From: Yuukianura sp. NJ FZ-2021
Taxonomy: Eukaryota
Length of the DNA stretch: 64,000 nt
NCBI GenBank assembly: GCA_046563655.1
Contig: CM102289.1
Coordinates: 9,548,001 to 9,612,000, forward strand
Direction: 5' to 3'
Shown: in pieces, positions 38,110-51,128 of the stretch
Position numbering within the stretch: position 1 is the stretch's first letter
Layout: each line of letters starts with the position of its first letter
Program-made: the position numbers and the translations under genes
The notes under the pieces: model-generated
Seen by the model: only the letters and a program-made list of their open reading frames with translations
What the model was told of the DNA's origin: nothing
Databases searched by the model: none

Positions 38110-38843
38110 TCGTCTGTTCCAAAATTAACTACGACGCTTCTTTCATTTCGTGTGGATAAGAGTGGAGACGCTTCGGATGGAATTTGAGCGGGAGAGGAAG
38201 TCATGGAGGGAAAATTCTGGCGGTCGGTTGAACTTGACAAGTCATTCATTCTTGTTACTTGGATTTCAGTTTTAATTGGGATTAGTTTTGATTGTTTTAA
38301 AGTTAATTACTGTTAATTATAGTTAGACTTAATACTGAAGAAAGAGTATTTGTGGTTGAATCGTTCATTGAGTATCGTGCTAAGGTGAAAACCAAAAATG
38401 AGGCTCCAGGATAGTGGAGGCAGCTTTTTCTAATTGGTTAGTTAGTTAGTTTAATTCAAAAGTTTAAGGTCACCGGGTCAGTTCATGATAAGCCAAGAAG
38501 TGGCAGACGTGTCACCGCTACCTCTCCCCAGAACGCTGAAGCATTGAAGAAGTCATGCGAAAATAATCCATTGCTAAGCGTAAGGAAATTGTGTGCAATG
38601 CACAACATGTCAATTGGATCGGTTTCAAGAATTTTTAAACGGGAAAAAATCATGAGAAAGAAATAATCGTTAACCTATTTCCAAAAAACAAAAACATCAA
38701 TGGAAACGATTATTTGGGATTGCTTTACCACAATGTGATTTACCACGAATTTCCCTCCATGGTGTACCTCTCGTCCTCTTCGCCCCGCCTACTTTACTTT
38801 CACCTTTCACTTGAAGCGTCGTAGTTAATTTTGGAACACTCGA
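38110..38843 (+). mobile_element. Non-autonomous Tc1/mariner element keeping only the HTH region
   Basis: Perfect 26-bp IR TGTTCCAAAATTAACTACGACGCTTC (38115-38140 / 38813-38838); flanking TA; internal LIQKFKVTGSVHDKPRSGRRVTATSPQN...NPLLSVRKLCAMHNMSIGSVSRIFK*; no DDE domain. Confidence 0.85.
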
Positions 38844-40300
38844 TACAAAAGTTATACGAAAACTCTAAACTTGTACCAAAAGATAACTCAAAATCTCAAA
38901 GTTATAGCAAAACCTAAGCCGGAGGGAAATTCTCACGAGGCTTTGCCATTTCTGTGTTCCTGGGAACCTATACCAACCAGTAGACAATTTATCGCAGTTG
39001 CAGAGGTTAACTTCTACCTAACCTAACCAGTTCCCTAAATTGAAGTAAAGATTGAAGTTAGGACTGAAATCAATGAATGAGTACACCATCTCCTCAAGGA
39101 ATGAATGAGTTCTCATTTTCTAATGAGGTTGTTGTACAAGATTCCTCTTCTGGAACGAATAAGCTCATTTTTACCTTCATAACCAAGTATTTAAGAACAC
39201 AAGTCTCAAACGGAAGTGACATAAAAAGTCTTATTAAAAACTTATTAAGCCAACTCACATGATACCTACATGATATTCACTCATTCCTTACTTTTTCAGA
39301 CACTAAAATTTCAAGTTCAGTCCGTTTCTACGCAAGTCCAAGATACAAAAAGTTACCAAAACGTTCATTATTTCAATGGGACGATGAATGAAACAGTTGT
39401 CGGCAATTAAATTAAAACTCATTAAACGCAACTTACCTTGGTAGTAAACTTACACTGTGGAGTAACTTTTAGTACCTGGTAGCGTAACACTGCGTTCCAC
39501 TTAATAGCGACACTTCACAAAAAAAAAAGATTAAGCGATAGGAAGTTTTAACAGGAGAAAGTCAATCTACTCTTTTTTTCGTTCAAAAAACGTAAAATTT
39601 TGGAAATTGGTGGGGAACTGACATTCGAGCAAACGTTTTGGATGGATGCTGTTCAAGGAGTGACGAGTTCAAGGGAAGGGAAGCCCTGAATTTATAGACG
39701 CAGGGATCTACGCGGGGTATTTCCGTGGATAAGGACGTTGGCTTAGCGATGCTCACCTCTGCACTTCCATGACTCCTGGCTAAATAGTCCTTGTGTGAGC
39801 GCTGAAGTGGCTGAAAGATGAGTAAAAGTATGGGGAAAGTACGCTTCCTCACTCTAACTTTCTATTCTGAATTCTGGGAATCCAGATTACATTCTTTGTC
39901 ATGCCATCATAAGTATGACTCATATTCACCCGGGTATTTCAGATTCTCCCGCCTCCATAATAATCCGAATTCCGGTGTTACGGTGTGATTCTTGTTTTTC
40001 CAGTTCCAGTACTTTATTTGTACTTTTATGGGAAACTTAAAATAGTAAACGATTTTATAACGTTTTTGGAACCGATGTCAGCACGCTTCAGAGAGCGTTT
40101 TATGAAATTAATCAGACTTGGAATGCACTAAAAAGTTAAAAGTAAACACAGTAAACATTTTATATCTAAAAATGCCGGCATTCGGTTCAGTAATCTCCAA
40201 CTACTTAAGTTTATTGAAATATTACGTAACTTACCGGAGTAAATGACAAGGGCCCACCATTTCATCGACGGGACGGCAACACAGGAACAAGACTTTAGTT

Positions 40301-42192
40301 TTAGTTGGTACAGGACACATAGACGAAACTTGTGGAATGTGTGAACTTGAATGATGGTGACTTGTCGGAAAGTACTTGAGGTGGATCAGGTTGACCTTGA
40401 ATATACGGATGAAAGTATTCTCCACCAGTAAATCCTCCGATTAACGGCACAGTAGGATACTCTGAACGAAACAGGGAGGATTCCACATGTTCAGCACGGT
40501 GCATCCGACTGCCCCTCATTGTACAAGAAAACATGAATGCGAAATCAGCACTTCCAGTAAGACCAAACTCCTTGAACTGAAAAAAAAATCAGAAAAATTC
40601 AAAAAATTGTAGTAATTTTCTTTAGAGTGTTGTGCCGGTAAAGTTGGAATTAGTAGCAGTATAATTAATATTAACTAGCATTAAAATTTACTTTATTTCT
40701 ATTTAGTTTGAATTATTGGTACCTTTCGGAGCTGGAGCAGGTTCGCTTCTGACATCCCTCGTTCCAAGAACGCTGCTGACCCCACTCGAACGTTTTCGTC
40801 ACCGCTGATCACTAGGCCACATCCTAGAGCTGGCTGATTTGTGCAAACTTCAACGAAGTCTCCTCCTCCAAAGGCGACATTAGGATGTTTCCTAGCAACA
40901 CAAGTGACATAAGCGACTTTTCAATACGCAACGACATTTTGCCTGTAAATGCTTGACCTTGGACTTAATTGAGTATTTACTTTAGATATTCATGGATTGC
41001 GCGTAAAATAAACGTCCCCTTCCTCTGTTTCTGAAGACTCTGGAACAGGACGATGCCTTTCACATTGTCTTCTGGTGAAATGTTCAAGACTTGCTCACAG
41101 TTTTCCGCCGTTACCTAAACATATTACATACATTCAAGATTTTAGACGCCATTTGCTTATGATTGCTAATTAGATGGCGGCTAATTAGTTTATGATTATG
41201 ATTGCTGTGATAAGTTTAAAACAGTTAGTACCTTTGGTCCAACAGTGTCCATACCATATGAGAACATTGAAATCTTGAGACCGTTGACTCTTGGTATTGC
41301 CAATCCACACATCGTCGGAAAGAATGGATGTTCAAGAAATCTGGATTCGTCTTCTAAGCATGTGAGGGCACTATCGGGCAACGTTAAAATCACTCCATAC
41401 CCCAAGGCAGCTAGACAAGGACTCACCTTCCCCATTCTTCGAAACAAACCATCCACATAGGGATAATCAGAGGATGACCTCTCATCTACAAACCAAATCA
41501 CATGACATTCCACTTGTACAACTTAATAACTTGCACAAAAGACAGACAGACAAGGTATTAGTACCTTTCGGTACTTACGGGATTTTTGTACTTACGCTTA
41601 GTTTTCCAGACATAGTCGGAAAGATTATGTGATCCAATGCAAATGATTTGACATGGTTCCGAAAATTGGTTGTCAATGGCCTTCCATAGCCCTGCTTCCA
41701 AGTCCTTATGCAGAATTTTCTCCTTAACTACTGGTATTTCCAAGCTGGACTGCCTGGGAGTTGTCATTGGGTCTTGGATCCATGTACGAGTCGCTTCGGG
41801 AACATCGAAGGAATTGGAAAGTTGAACGACTTCTCGTGTTCGTTCCATTGGATACATGTGGTAGAGCATAGTAGTGGGCTTGTTTATTCGTTGCTTCCTA
41901 ACAATTTGACTCACTTCATGCCACAATTTACAGACTCTGCAAAGTATAAAAACAATTGACGCTGTCATGAGGCTCCAGTACAATGTTGAAAAAGTATTCA
42001 AAACTGGCAATACCTGGCGCTGCTGAAGAGGTCACGTATGTTGAGATTCTCGAAGATGACTTTCAAAATACCATAGTCCAGGATCCAATTGGTCTCGCAG
42101 ACTTGTTCTTCGTCAGTGGTAGGCCGTGTCACCGGGCACATTTCATCTTCCTTCACCGACATTCTCCACGAACGGTACAAAAGCGGACACAT
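40301..42192 (-). CDS. FBXO22: F-box only protein 22-like (F-box + FIST-C), multi-exon
   Basis: ILKVIFENLNIRDLFSSAR|VCKLWHEV F-box; C-terminal FAFMFSCTMRG...VESSLFRSEYPTVPLIGGFTGGEY; start codon uncertain. Confidence 0.75.
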
Positions 42193-43172
42193 TGAATTTA
42201 GTATACCAACGTTAGTAACTATATCATGTAGCCAGACACCTTACCTGCTATGACAAGGGAATCGCTTGAAGCGATTAATAATCGATTATATGAAATCCAA
42301 AGACGATTAATAGCGAATTTAACCACAAAATTGGCAAAAAAAAGTAAACAAACAAAAAACAAGCACAAAAAGTATTTAGAAAAAAGTTTCCCGCTCTGTT
42401 TTGTCTCATGCTTGAACCCGAGATGAGATAGGGGTGACTATAATCCTCGGAATCCGTTTGAAAATGTTCAGATGCTAGAAATACGCTTACGCGTTACGAA
42501 AATTATTAAAATTAATCAGCAGCGACCGCTTTCAAACCAGCTAAATTCAGAATTCAATCGTTTTCCAATTAAATTAACTTCAATTTATTGAGTTTTAAAT
42601 AATTCACGAAAATTCTCAGATTTGAAATATTATTATTCCTTTGTGAGTTAAGTAGGCATTTTGAGACCGACAAGATTGAGTACAGGAGTTAATTAAAACA
42701 GTAATAATTAATCTGATTAACATAACATTAACACAACGTTCTGATAACTGATCTCATTGCTTAAGAAAACCTTAAAATGTCACACGGGATCAGAAAAATA
42801 ACGTTTTACCAACCTTATAGCATGTAAACGTTGTACTTAGAATTCAATGAGGTGAAATTCTTAAAATATGGGTTTAGTTTAGTGACGATTAATCACGTGG
42901 GAGTTATGTGCTTGGAAAGGCAAAATTTTTGATTCCTACCTTAGCTAACTGGTATAATTATTTAACAAGTATTGTCTAAAAAGTGTTGACGATGATGTTA
43001 CGAGTATACGAGTACAATCTCCAGTGTTGCATTGTTAAAGTTAGATTTGTTGGCTGGACGAAGGACGACTTATTGAATACAAATGTTAGGTTAGGCTAAC
43101 TTTAACCGGAATACAAATGAGGTCACATAACCTAACCAGGAAGGATTGTAGAAGGTGTGGAATATGTCAATG

Positions 43173-44442
43173 TCAATTTTCTTGTTTGTCTTCACTTTGT
43201 GATTTGCTTGACAGAGGGAGGAAGAGCAGTGGAATCATTCCCAGAAGGCAGCCAATTGTCACTCCGATTGCTCGGCCTAAGTTAATTGACCACCGAATTT
43301 GCCTACTGTTTGCTTGGAACTCCGTTAGCTTCGGTGTGTACAGTCCGAACTTCTCTGCATAATGTTCTATGTACCACGCAGACCCGATTCCAGCTACATC
43401 AGAAATGGTGTTTCCTAAAAGTAAAATTATACATAATTGAAAGCATTTAGGTCATCAATAAGGCGTGGCTTAGTTCTCAGTGACAATTTGCCACTCATGA
43501 GTGACATGAATGTCATTATGTCATGCCAAAAACTGTTTTATTTCCACAAAAAGACAAACCTAATGCTGCTGCTGCCATTGTGGAAATCCCGAGGAGAGAA
43601 GCAAAAGTAACATCGATATAATCTCCCTACAAGTAATAAAAAGTCAGAACTTTTTCCCAAAAATTTTCAACTTTGCAACAATTTGCCAACTTACGGCTAC
43701 AATCATGATAAAGTTATCCAAAAATCCGAAACCAACAAACGGCAGTGCATTGTTCAGTCCAACTGCAAAGAAATTTTAAGCCTCCTAATATTTTAAGTCG
43801 ATTTTTAAACAAATTGGGTGACTTTTTCGGAAACTAAGAAAAATTATGCAAAAAAAAAGTCGAACATACCAGCGTATACATCACGTCGAGATGCTGGAAG
43901 TTTTTGAATTTCCTCCGCTGCAAAGCAAACCCTTAAATTAAGTAACTGCCCAATACTAGCTTGTCCCTATCAGTATTTTTGTTACCGTTTGATGTGGTGC
44001 TTTTATCAGTAGATGCAGTATCTGTACAATTGTCACTAAATCCAGACTGGATGTTTTCAGCACCATCAGTATAAGTAGTTGGTCGTCCATATTTAGAAAG
44101 GTAGCGATGAATCTCATAGTCCAGCTCTCCATGTTTCCGCTTGTGAGCTAAGATACTAAGATTTAGTTGGCTGAACAGCAGTGTCTTTTGGTGTATCGAC
44201 AAATGGCCAAGGAAGTTGTCCACTTCCTCTTTAGTTTTAAAGCTGTGCTCGTCTATCTTAATTGTTCCAGCACCGGTTAATTGCCTAGAGCCAACCGAAA
44301 TAGTTCTCCTGGAGAGGAAGGAGCTACCGGAACTCAGCTGTTGTACAGTTTTTGCTGCTATGTCTCGATAAAAACGATCTGATAACGATCTTTGCCAAGG
44401 AAATCCAGCAATGGTAGAAAATGAACCGATTTTCCCGATCAT
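43173..44442 (-). CDS. TMEM65: Transmembrane protein 65, multi-exon
   Basis: NALPFVGFGFLDNFIMIVA|GDYIDVTF...ISTMAAAALG|NTISDVAGIG...GRAIGVTIGCLLGMIPLLFL. Confidence 0.92.
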
Positions 44443-46197
44443 TTCTGTAGTAATCAGATGAAATGGAGCTGACGAAGATTATCACAGTAGAGCAACTGTA
44501 CTAAAATCACAAAAATAACAAAACAAAGATGTAAAATCTACCAACCACCGTCTAAACTTGAACTGCAAAAAGTTGTTAAGAAAGTTCTTACCAACAGCAC
44601 TGTATGTGAATCTGCTGTCCGAATTGTGCCACCGCAAAGTAATTAAATTAATTAGTACTGCCTAAATTTTTGGTTCTTCACTGTAAGTGCTGAGCTGCCG
44701 GTTCATTTACATAAGATTCAGAACGTTTCATCAACGTCGACGTCCCCACGTCCAGCATCCAGGTTCCAGCAAAGTTAAATTGAATACTGTTTAAAGATCC
44801 AGCAGCATCCAGCACCCAGGAACTCCAAAGTGGCAATGACTGTCTAAATGAATGACGAAAACAATTACGCAAGTCTAATTATCGCCTCAGCTCTTAAATT
44901 GGTATGCTGATGGTTTCTAATTAGCATAAAACTAAAACTTACCACCAATAAATGTTTATGGCTCCTTTCACTACCCTATCATCACCGCCCAATATTTTAG
45001 ATCCTCCTCGTCCTTGTTAATCGATTGTCGATTACATTCTTGTACTTAATTACAACAAAACTAATTAAGAATCAAACCAAAACAAACAAAATTAATTTTT
45101 ATAACCAAAAAATATTCAAAAATAAAAATAAACTTTTGATTACCGCCAAAACGTTAACCTTTTTTTTGAAATAAGGGAAACGTGAGACAAAAATATTAAA
45201 ATTTTGCTATTGTTTCAACATTTTGTTGCGGTAAAATCAAAAAGAAAGTTAAATTGCTATTGTTTTAAAAATCTCCTTTCACTTTTGACTTCCACAAGCT
45301 CAAAAGTGAAAGTTAGGCATTCCACAAACACGAAAAGGAAAGTAAAAGTTTAGAGCAGGAAACAGGAGTGAGCCTAATTACTAATTGATATAACTTCCGG
45401 TTGAGAAGGTCTCAAGGGACTCCTTGCACAGTTTTAGCTTCTTTGAACTGTCAGCAAAAAGGAAAGTAAAAGAAGAAAGTAAGGCGAATCGATAGAATAA
45501 GGTCGTGGGTGGTTGGCATACTTTAGGTTTAGGTTTTGGTGGTAAGTTTGAATTTGCCAGGCGCGGGAAGTAAGCTGTTTGTCTTATTTTAGAATTTTTA
45601 GAATAACAAATGGGATCAAACAAGGATAGACAACACAAAGATAGACAGCTAAGCTTCAGTGTTCTAAAAAATCCAAATTTCCTTCCTGTGTTTGTTCCGA
45701 GACGATGAAAAAAGTATGAAAGTCTGATGGAATTTTAGGTTATGTGTTATGGAAACTGATCTTTTCCTGCCTCCTCCGCCGAGAGATCGCTAAACTTTCA
45801 CTTTACTTTCACTTTCTGCGGCATTACTTTCACTTTCGATCACCAAACTGTCTACTTCCACAAAAAGTATCTTCACAACACGTACACACGTACACGTATT
45901 ACACGTTCACGTTCACGTGTTGTATGGGAATGTGAACATTCGGTTTTCTAAAACGAGACAGAAGTGACGCACATGTCTACAAAAAGTTTCAAAAAAAGTC
46001 TAGCACAGAAAAAAAAGTTGGAAAAAAGTACAAAAAAAAGTTTAGAAAAAAATTTTTTTTTGAAAGAAAACAGACTCCGTGTCTGCAAATGTCTCAAGTT
46101 TTCTGAAAGATGATACGATGATACATTATTTTTATTTTCAAAGAACTTTCAAAAAACGTACTTTTTACATTTTACAATTTTTTTGAAGTTTTTTTTT

Positions 46198-47927
46198 TTA
46201 ATTAGAAAGCGTGTCAATTTGGTATGCAGAGAGCGGAGAAGTCGGGACGTGGAAAACTTCGTGAAAATTTGAGTAGTCAATGACCCTTTCACCATTTTTG
46301 TTTTTCTTGGAGGCTATGCTCTTGAATCGATAGCCTAAACATAATTAAATTTTTCACTTCATGTAATTTTGATGTAATTTGATGTAATTTTCATGTAATT
46401 TGATGTGCTTACCCCAGAGTATTTCTGATGGCATGTATGAGCTTCTGGCTTGCGTTGTAAGGCCAGTCGCTTCTACAATTCCTTCCAGAACTACGATGAT
46501 TTCAAATTTCGTATTTTCGGGACCGAGATCTGCTGCACCCAGACGGTACAGTGGAGATGATCTGTTGATTCTGATTTTCAAAAAAAAATTTTTTTTTGAA
46601 AACAAAATTTTGAAAATTTTTCATTAAAAAAAAGTCGGTTGTACCTATGAATCACAATGGTTGGCCAAAACAGCGACAATCTGTTGTCTTTTTCACCCTC
46701 GCCGCTTACCTAAAATTGTAAGTTGAAACAAAAAAAAGTTAAAAACAAAGTTTTGAAAACAGTTGAAAGACCAAAGTTCTGATTTAAAAAAATTCTGTTT
46801 GAAGTTCATACAATGAGCTCCTCCTGACTGATGGTAACTTCTTCACCGGCGTCTAAAGATCGCTTGATGAGGTGTGCGCGGACACTGGCATCCAGAAGAT
46901 GTGATTTGCGCATGTCAGCCACTCTGAACATAAAACAAAGTTCTCCTTCCCTTGTACTCACAATTGCATTGCGACTAAACATTAACGTCGCACTTCGACT
47001 TTTAGCACGCGCCATTTTCACAAAAACGAGGCCAACTAACACTCCCTCCATCATCACACCAAATATAGACTGAACACAGAGAGTCAAAACGGCCAGTGGA
47101 CACTCTTCAGTGATGTGATAGTATCCGTAACCTAGCAACCATAAAAATTTTCAAAAACTGAAATTTTGAAAAAAAAATTATCAAAATTTTACCTGTAGTG
47201 TGTTGAGTTTCAAGGCTAAATAGAAACGTTGAGGTAAAATCTTTCATGCCAGTGATGCACGGAGTCCATGAACCATTTCCTTGGTTCATATCATGCAAGT
47301 CTCCGTGAAAGTATACAATCAAGTACCAGATTCCCGCGAAAACTGACAAAATAGTACATAAACATAAATACATATTACATAACTTACATTACATGGCATA
47401 ACACAGTATTTACATAAAATTTACATAACTTACATAACCAAGAACCGAAGTATGACAAAGCAAAAACGGAAAGAGTCAATGTCCAGGAAACTTCGAGAAG
47501 TGTTGTAAATGTATCCGCCAGAAACGGAAATCCCTCAACTTTGATATTCGTTGGCGTCACGTTAGAATTTCCAGCTTTTGACATGGCTCGACTGATTCTG
47601 AAAAAAAGAGTCCGGAAGTTTCAAAATTTTGGGGAAAAAAACTTTTTTTTTTTTGTTATTTATGACTTTGACATTTAAAAAAAACACTTGCTTTCTTTGT
47701 GGTTTCGTTCCAGAGTGTCCATTGTGTTGAAATGAATGTGTCGGAACAACTAGCGATCCGTATGTTTTGGAAACGTGAGTTTTAAATTGATTATGCGCGT
47801 GTGCTGCACCAATGGCTTCCTTTCTTCTCAATTTTTTAGAACTTAGTTCCGGACTGTTGGAAAAGTACAGCCTTGAACCAGTTCCATGTCCAGAGTCACT
47901 GCTTCCGACAGGGAACTCGTCGCCCAT
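46198..47927 (-). CDS. Inward-rectifier potassium channel (Kir/Irk family), multi-exon
   Basis: [23 protein letters not shown]...[69 protein letters not shown]. Confidence 0.93.
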
Positions 47928-48444
47928 TTCTAAAAATTTTGAATTTGGAAAACTTTTTTTCAGGTTTTCTTTTGAAAATTTGACAAAAATTTTTGAATTT
48001 GTACTTGTGATTTGAATTTTAGTCAAGCTGAGTCTGAGTATGTTTTGGTTTTGATTTTTGCAAAATTTCTGAACTCGTCTGCGGCTGTACTAAGTGACAA
48101 AGATTCTGGTTGAATTTCTAAACATACATGTGTGTTTTTTTTTTCAAAACACGCGCAATTAGTTTAAGCTCTTTCGTATGTTTGTTCAACTTGCAGATTT
48201 TAGCAGATTTGAAAATTTTTAATCGCTACCAACTGTGAACGAAAGATTAAGAGATGTTACAAGTTAATCCGATTTTGAAAAAAAAAAGTCTAAGGATTTG
48301 TTAATCCTTAGCACGAGACGATTGAAGATCAGGATAACATGTATTGTTCACCAAAAATTATAAAAACTAAGCTTTTCTGGCATTCTTTAATTTTGTGGAT
48401 GAGAGTTGAGTTTTAGTAAAAATTTAGAAAAAAAAATTGATTGG

Positions 48445-49276
48445 TTAGTCGAAATTTTCATCTTGGAGTTTTGGATTTTGAATTTGCGCGGCGGATCCAG
48501 ACATGGAGCATTTGGAATTTTGTTGTTTGCAAAATTTTGAGTGGAGCAGATGAACTTTGGACGGTTGTTTGAGTACCGTGGAACTGCGAAATGGACCAAG
48601 ACGGACTTTGACCTTTGACTTGACCTTGGTCACAGTTGACGATGGAACTTTTGGACAGACGTAGTTCGTGCAATGTGGAATGTGTCTAGCAGCCACGTTC
48701 GGATCAAAACGTCGTCCACAGATTGGACACTGGACATATTTGGACAGGTTGAGCAGTTGATGACCTCTGACATCCGTCTTCTCAGATTCAGCTTTGGCCA
48801 ACTTTGCATCAGCTCTAATCGAGGCGATCCTCCCCACGTACAGCAATCTGTTTTCCCGCCAATCTGGATTCAGAGGGCGCTGGAAAATTCAAAAAATTGC
48901 CCCATTTTTACAGGATTTACACAAAATTTATAACGTTTTAACCCACATTTGTAACGTTTTAGCGACGTTTTAACGTTTTTGTAACGTTTACCTTCCGTTC
49001 TTCTTCGGTAATTGGAAGTTGGAAGAATTCAGCGACGGTGCCTTTGAGCCGAGACTTGACGGAGTCGAAAACTGGTCGTTTCGGCTGGAGCCGTTTGGTG
49101 CGACACATTTCTTGGTGGTAGTCGATTCGATTGGCAAAAAAAGTTCTGTTGCAATACTTGCAAGGAACGAGTTTAAAACCAAGGTGTCTCGGAAGTTCCC
49201 GCTCCGGATCCCAAATTGGCACTCTCACCGCTTGAGATGACTGGGAGCTCTTTGCAGACTTACAAACTTTGGCCAT
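48445..49276 (-). CDS. C2HC zinc-finger protein (ZC2HC1-like), 2 exons
   Basis: LVPCKYCNRTFFANRIDYHQEMC...KRPVFDSVKSRLKGT and YVQCPICGRRFDPNVAARHIPHC. Confidence 0.8.
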
Positions 49277-49874
49277 TTTTCAGTAATTTAGAACTTTACC
49301 CGCCGCGGGCTTTTTTTTTTAGCCAATCCCTGCCGTGCTAGCTAGTCTCGTAAAGAACAATCCAGAATTTAGCAAATTGTATACAAAGATACAAAGTTTA
49401 CGTTTTTAGTTGATTGTTTATCATAAAGTAGAGAATTTTAGTGCGGTTGTCAAGGGATACAGACGCTGAATTTGAATTTGGCGCTAAATGGTGCCCACCA
49501 GCCCACGTGACAACGTGTGTCACACTTCATACTTGAGAAGGTAAAGGCGGGAAGGCTAAAGATTTGAATTTTTGACATTTGAATTTGTCATTTGTTTTCT
49601 TTTTTGTGTTTGTGTGAGGAGGAAAACAACAACAAAATCCGCTGTTTGCTGTGTTTCTACTTTAATTAAGGTCTTGATTAATTTAATTACCGATTATTTT
49701 TAAGTTGTTAGCTTTCTAGGAGTACGTGGTAATCAAGATTATCGTTTATCGGAGGACGAGAATCGTTGGATCTAAGGTAATTAAAAGTTAAACATGAAGT
49801 CACATTAATCATGCGGTGAAATCTCTGACTGGAGTGACAACTCACTAATTCTTGTTTTAATTATAGGAACGACA

Positions 49875-50719
49875 ATGTCAATATTTAGTTTCTACATTGT
49901 GTCCAAGTCTGGAGGAATGATTTTTAATTACGACCATAACTATCCCAAAGTGGAGACGGAGAAAACGTTTACGTTTCCTTTGGAACTAAAACTGGAAGTT
50001 CGGAACAAGAAGCTGGTCGTCGTCTTCGGTGGAGGCCGGGAGTCCATACCTGGTAAAAACTTGATGATTGACCAAATTGAAAAAAAAACGATTTGAATAC
50101 GTGTTACCTTTGACTTTATAGCCGGACATACATTGTTAGGAGTAAATGGGCGGCCAGTTCTAGAAGGACCACAATTTGAAGATGGCTCAGCAGTGGTCGA
50201 ATATCTCGCTAACGACAAAAATTATCCAATCAGGTAGTTAACCAACAGTTCTTAAAAGTTAACCATCAACTACAATCTTCTTGTTTGTTTTTAGTCTCCG
50301 ATTTGGCCGAACAAGGATGTCAACCAATGAAAAGATGTTTCTGGGGTCAATGTTTTATCCGCTGTATGCAATTGCCAGTCAGATCAGTCCAGAACCACAT
50401 TCCTCAGGGATTCAAATGCTGGAGGCTGAGAGCTTCAAGTTACATTGCATGCAAACTTTAACTGGTGAGTTTAGGATTGTAAATGGCCTGATTGATTTAG
50501 AATTATCGCGTGCTTTTTGTGGTGCTAGGAATCAAGTTCATACTGATCGCAGATCCGAAATTACTGGGCATCGATTCCATTTTACGCCGAGTGTACGAAC
50601 TCTATTCAGATTTTGTGTTGAAAAATCCGTTCTATGCTTTGGAGATGCCCATTAGATGTGACTTGTTCTTGGATAATCTAAAACTTTTATTTGAAGGAGT
50701 AGAGAGACTTGGAATATAA
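49875..50719 (+). CDS. TRAPPC4: Trafficking protein particle complex subunit 4, multi-exon
   Basis: [81 protein letters not shown]. Confidence 0.95.
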
Positions 50720-50897
50720 TTTAATTAACGCCGTAAGAGCTCCATAAATCATTCTTTTTTCAGAAATCATTCTCTTTCAGTTGAATTTCTATGCAGTTAT
50801 TGCAAAATCGTTTGGAAAAATAGAGAGACGATCGTTTCTACGGAGAGACAGAGGAATTACTATAAAGAAAATATTTGCCTCTCAGTTTTACATATAA

Positions 50898-50970
50898 GGC
50901 CCTGTGGCGCAATGGATAACGCGTCTGACTACGAATCAGGAAATTGCAGGTTCGAGTCCTGCCAGGGTCG
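50898..50970 (+). tRNA. tRNA-Arg (ACG)
   Basis: 73-nt cloverleaf: acceptor GGCCCTG/CAGGGTC, anticodon arm TCTGA-CT-ACG-AA-TCAGG, T-arm GCAGG-TTCGAGT-CCTGC; T-run terminator at ~50980. Confidence 0.95.
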
Positions 50971-51128
50971 TTGCCTAAGTTTTTTTTTCTCTCAAAATCT
51001 AGTGTTTTGTCAAACTACTGCCTGACTTGCTGAGTTTTCAAATTTTTATGATTTACGAAATTTAAAGCAGTCAAAAGGTCAATCAGTTCGTGTAAACCTC
51101 TAAAAGTGTCTTCGTGGCTCCAGTGGAA

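Noticed and set aside
45280..45925. Clusters of GAAAGT/ACTTTC and CACGT motifs
   Set aside because: Short, low-complexity motifs; no boundaries or function can be supported
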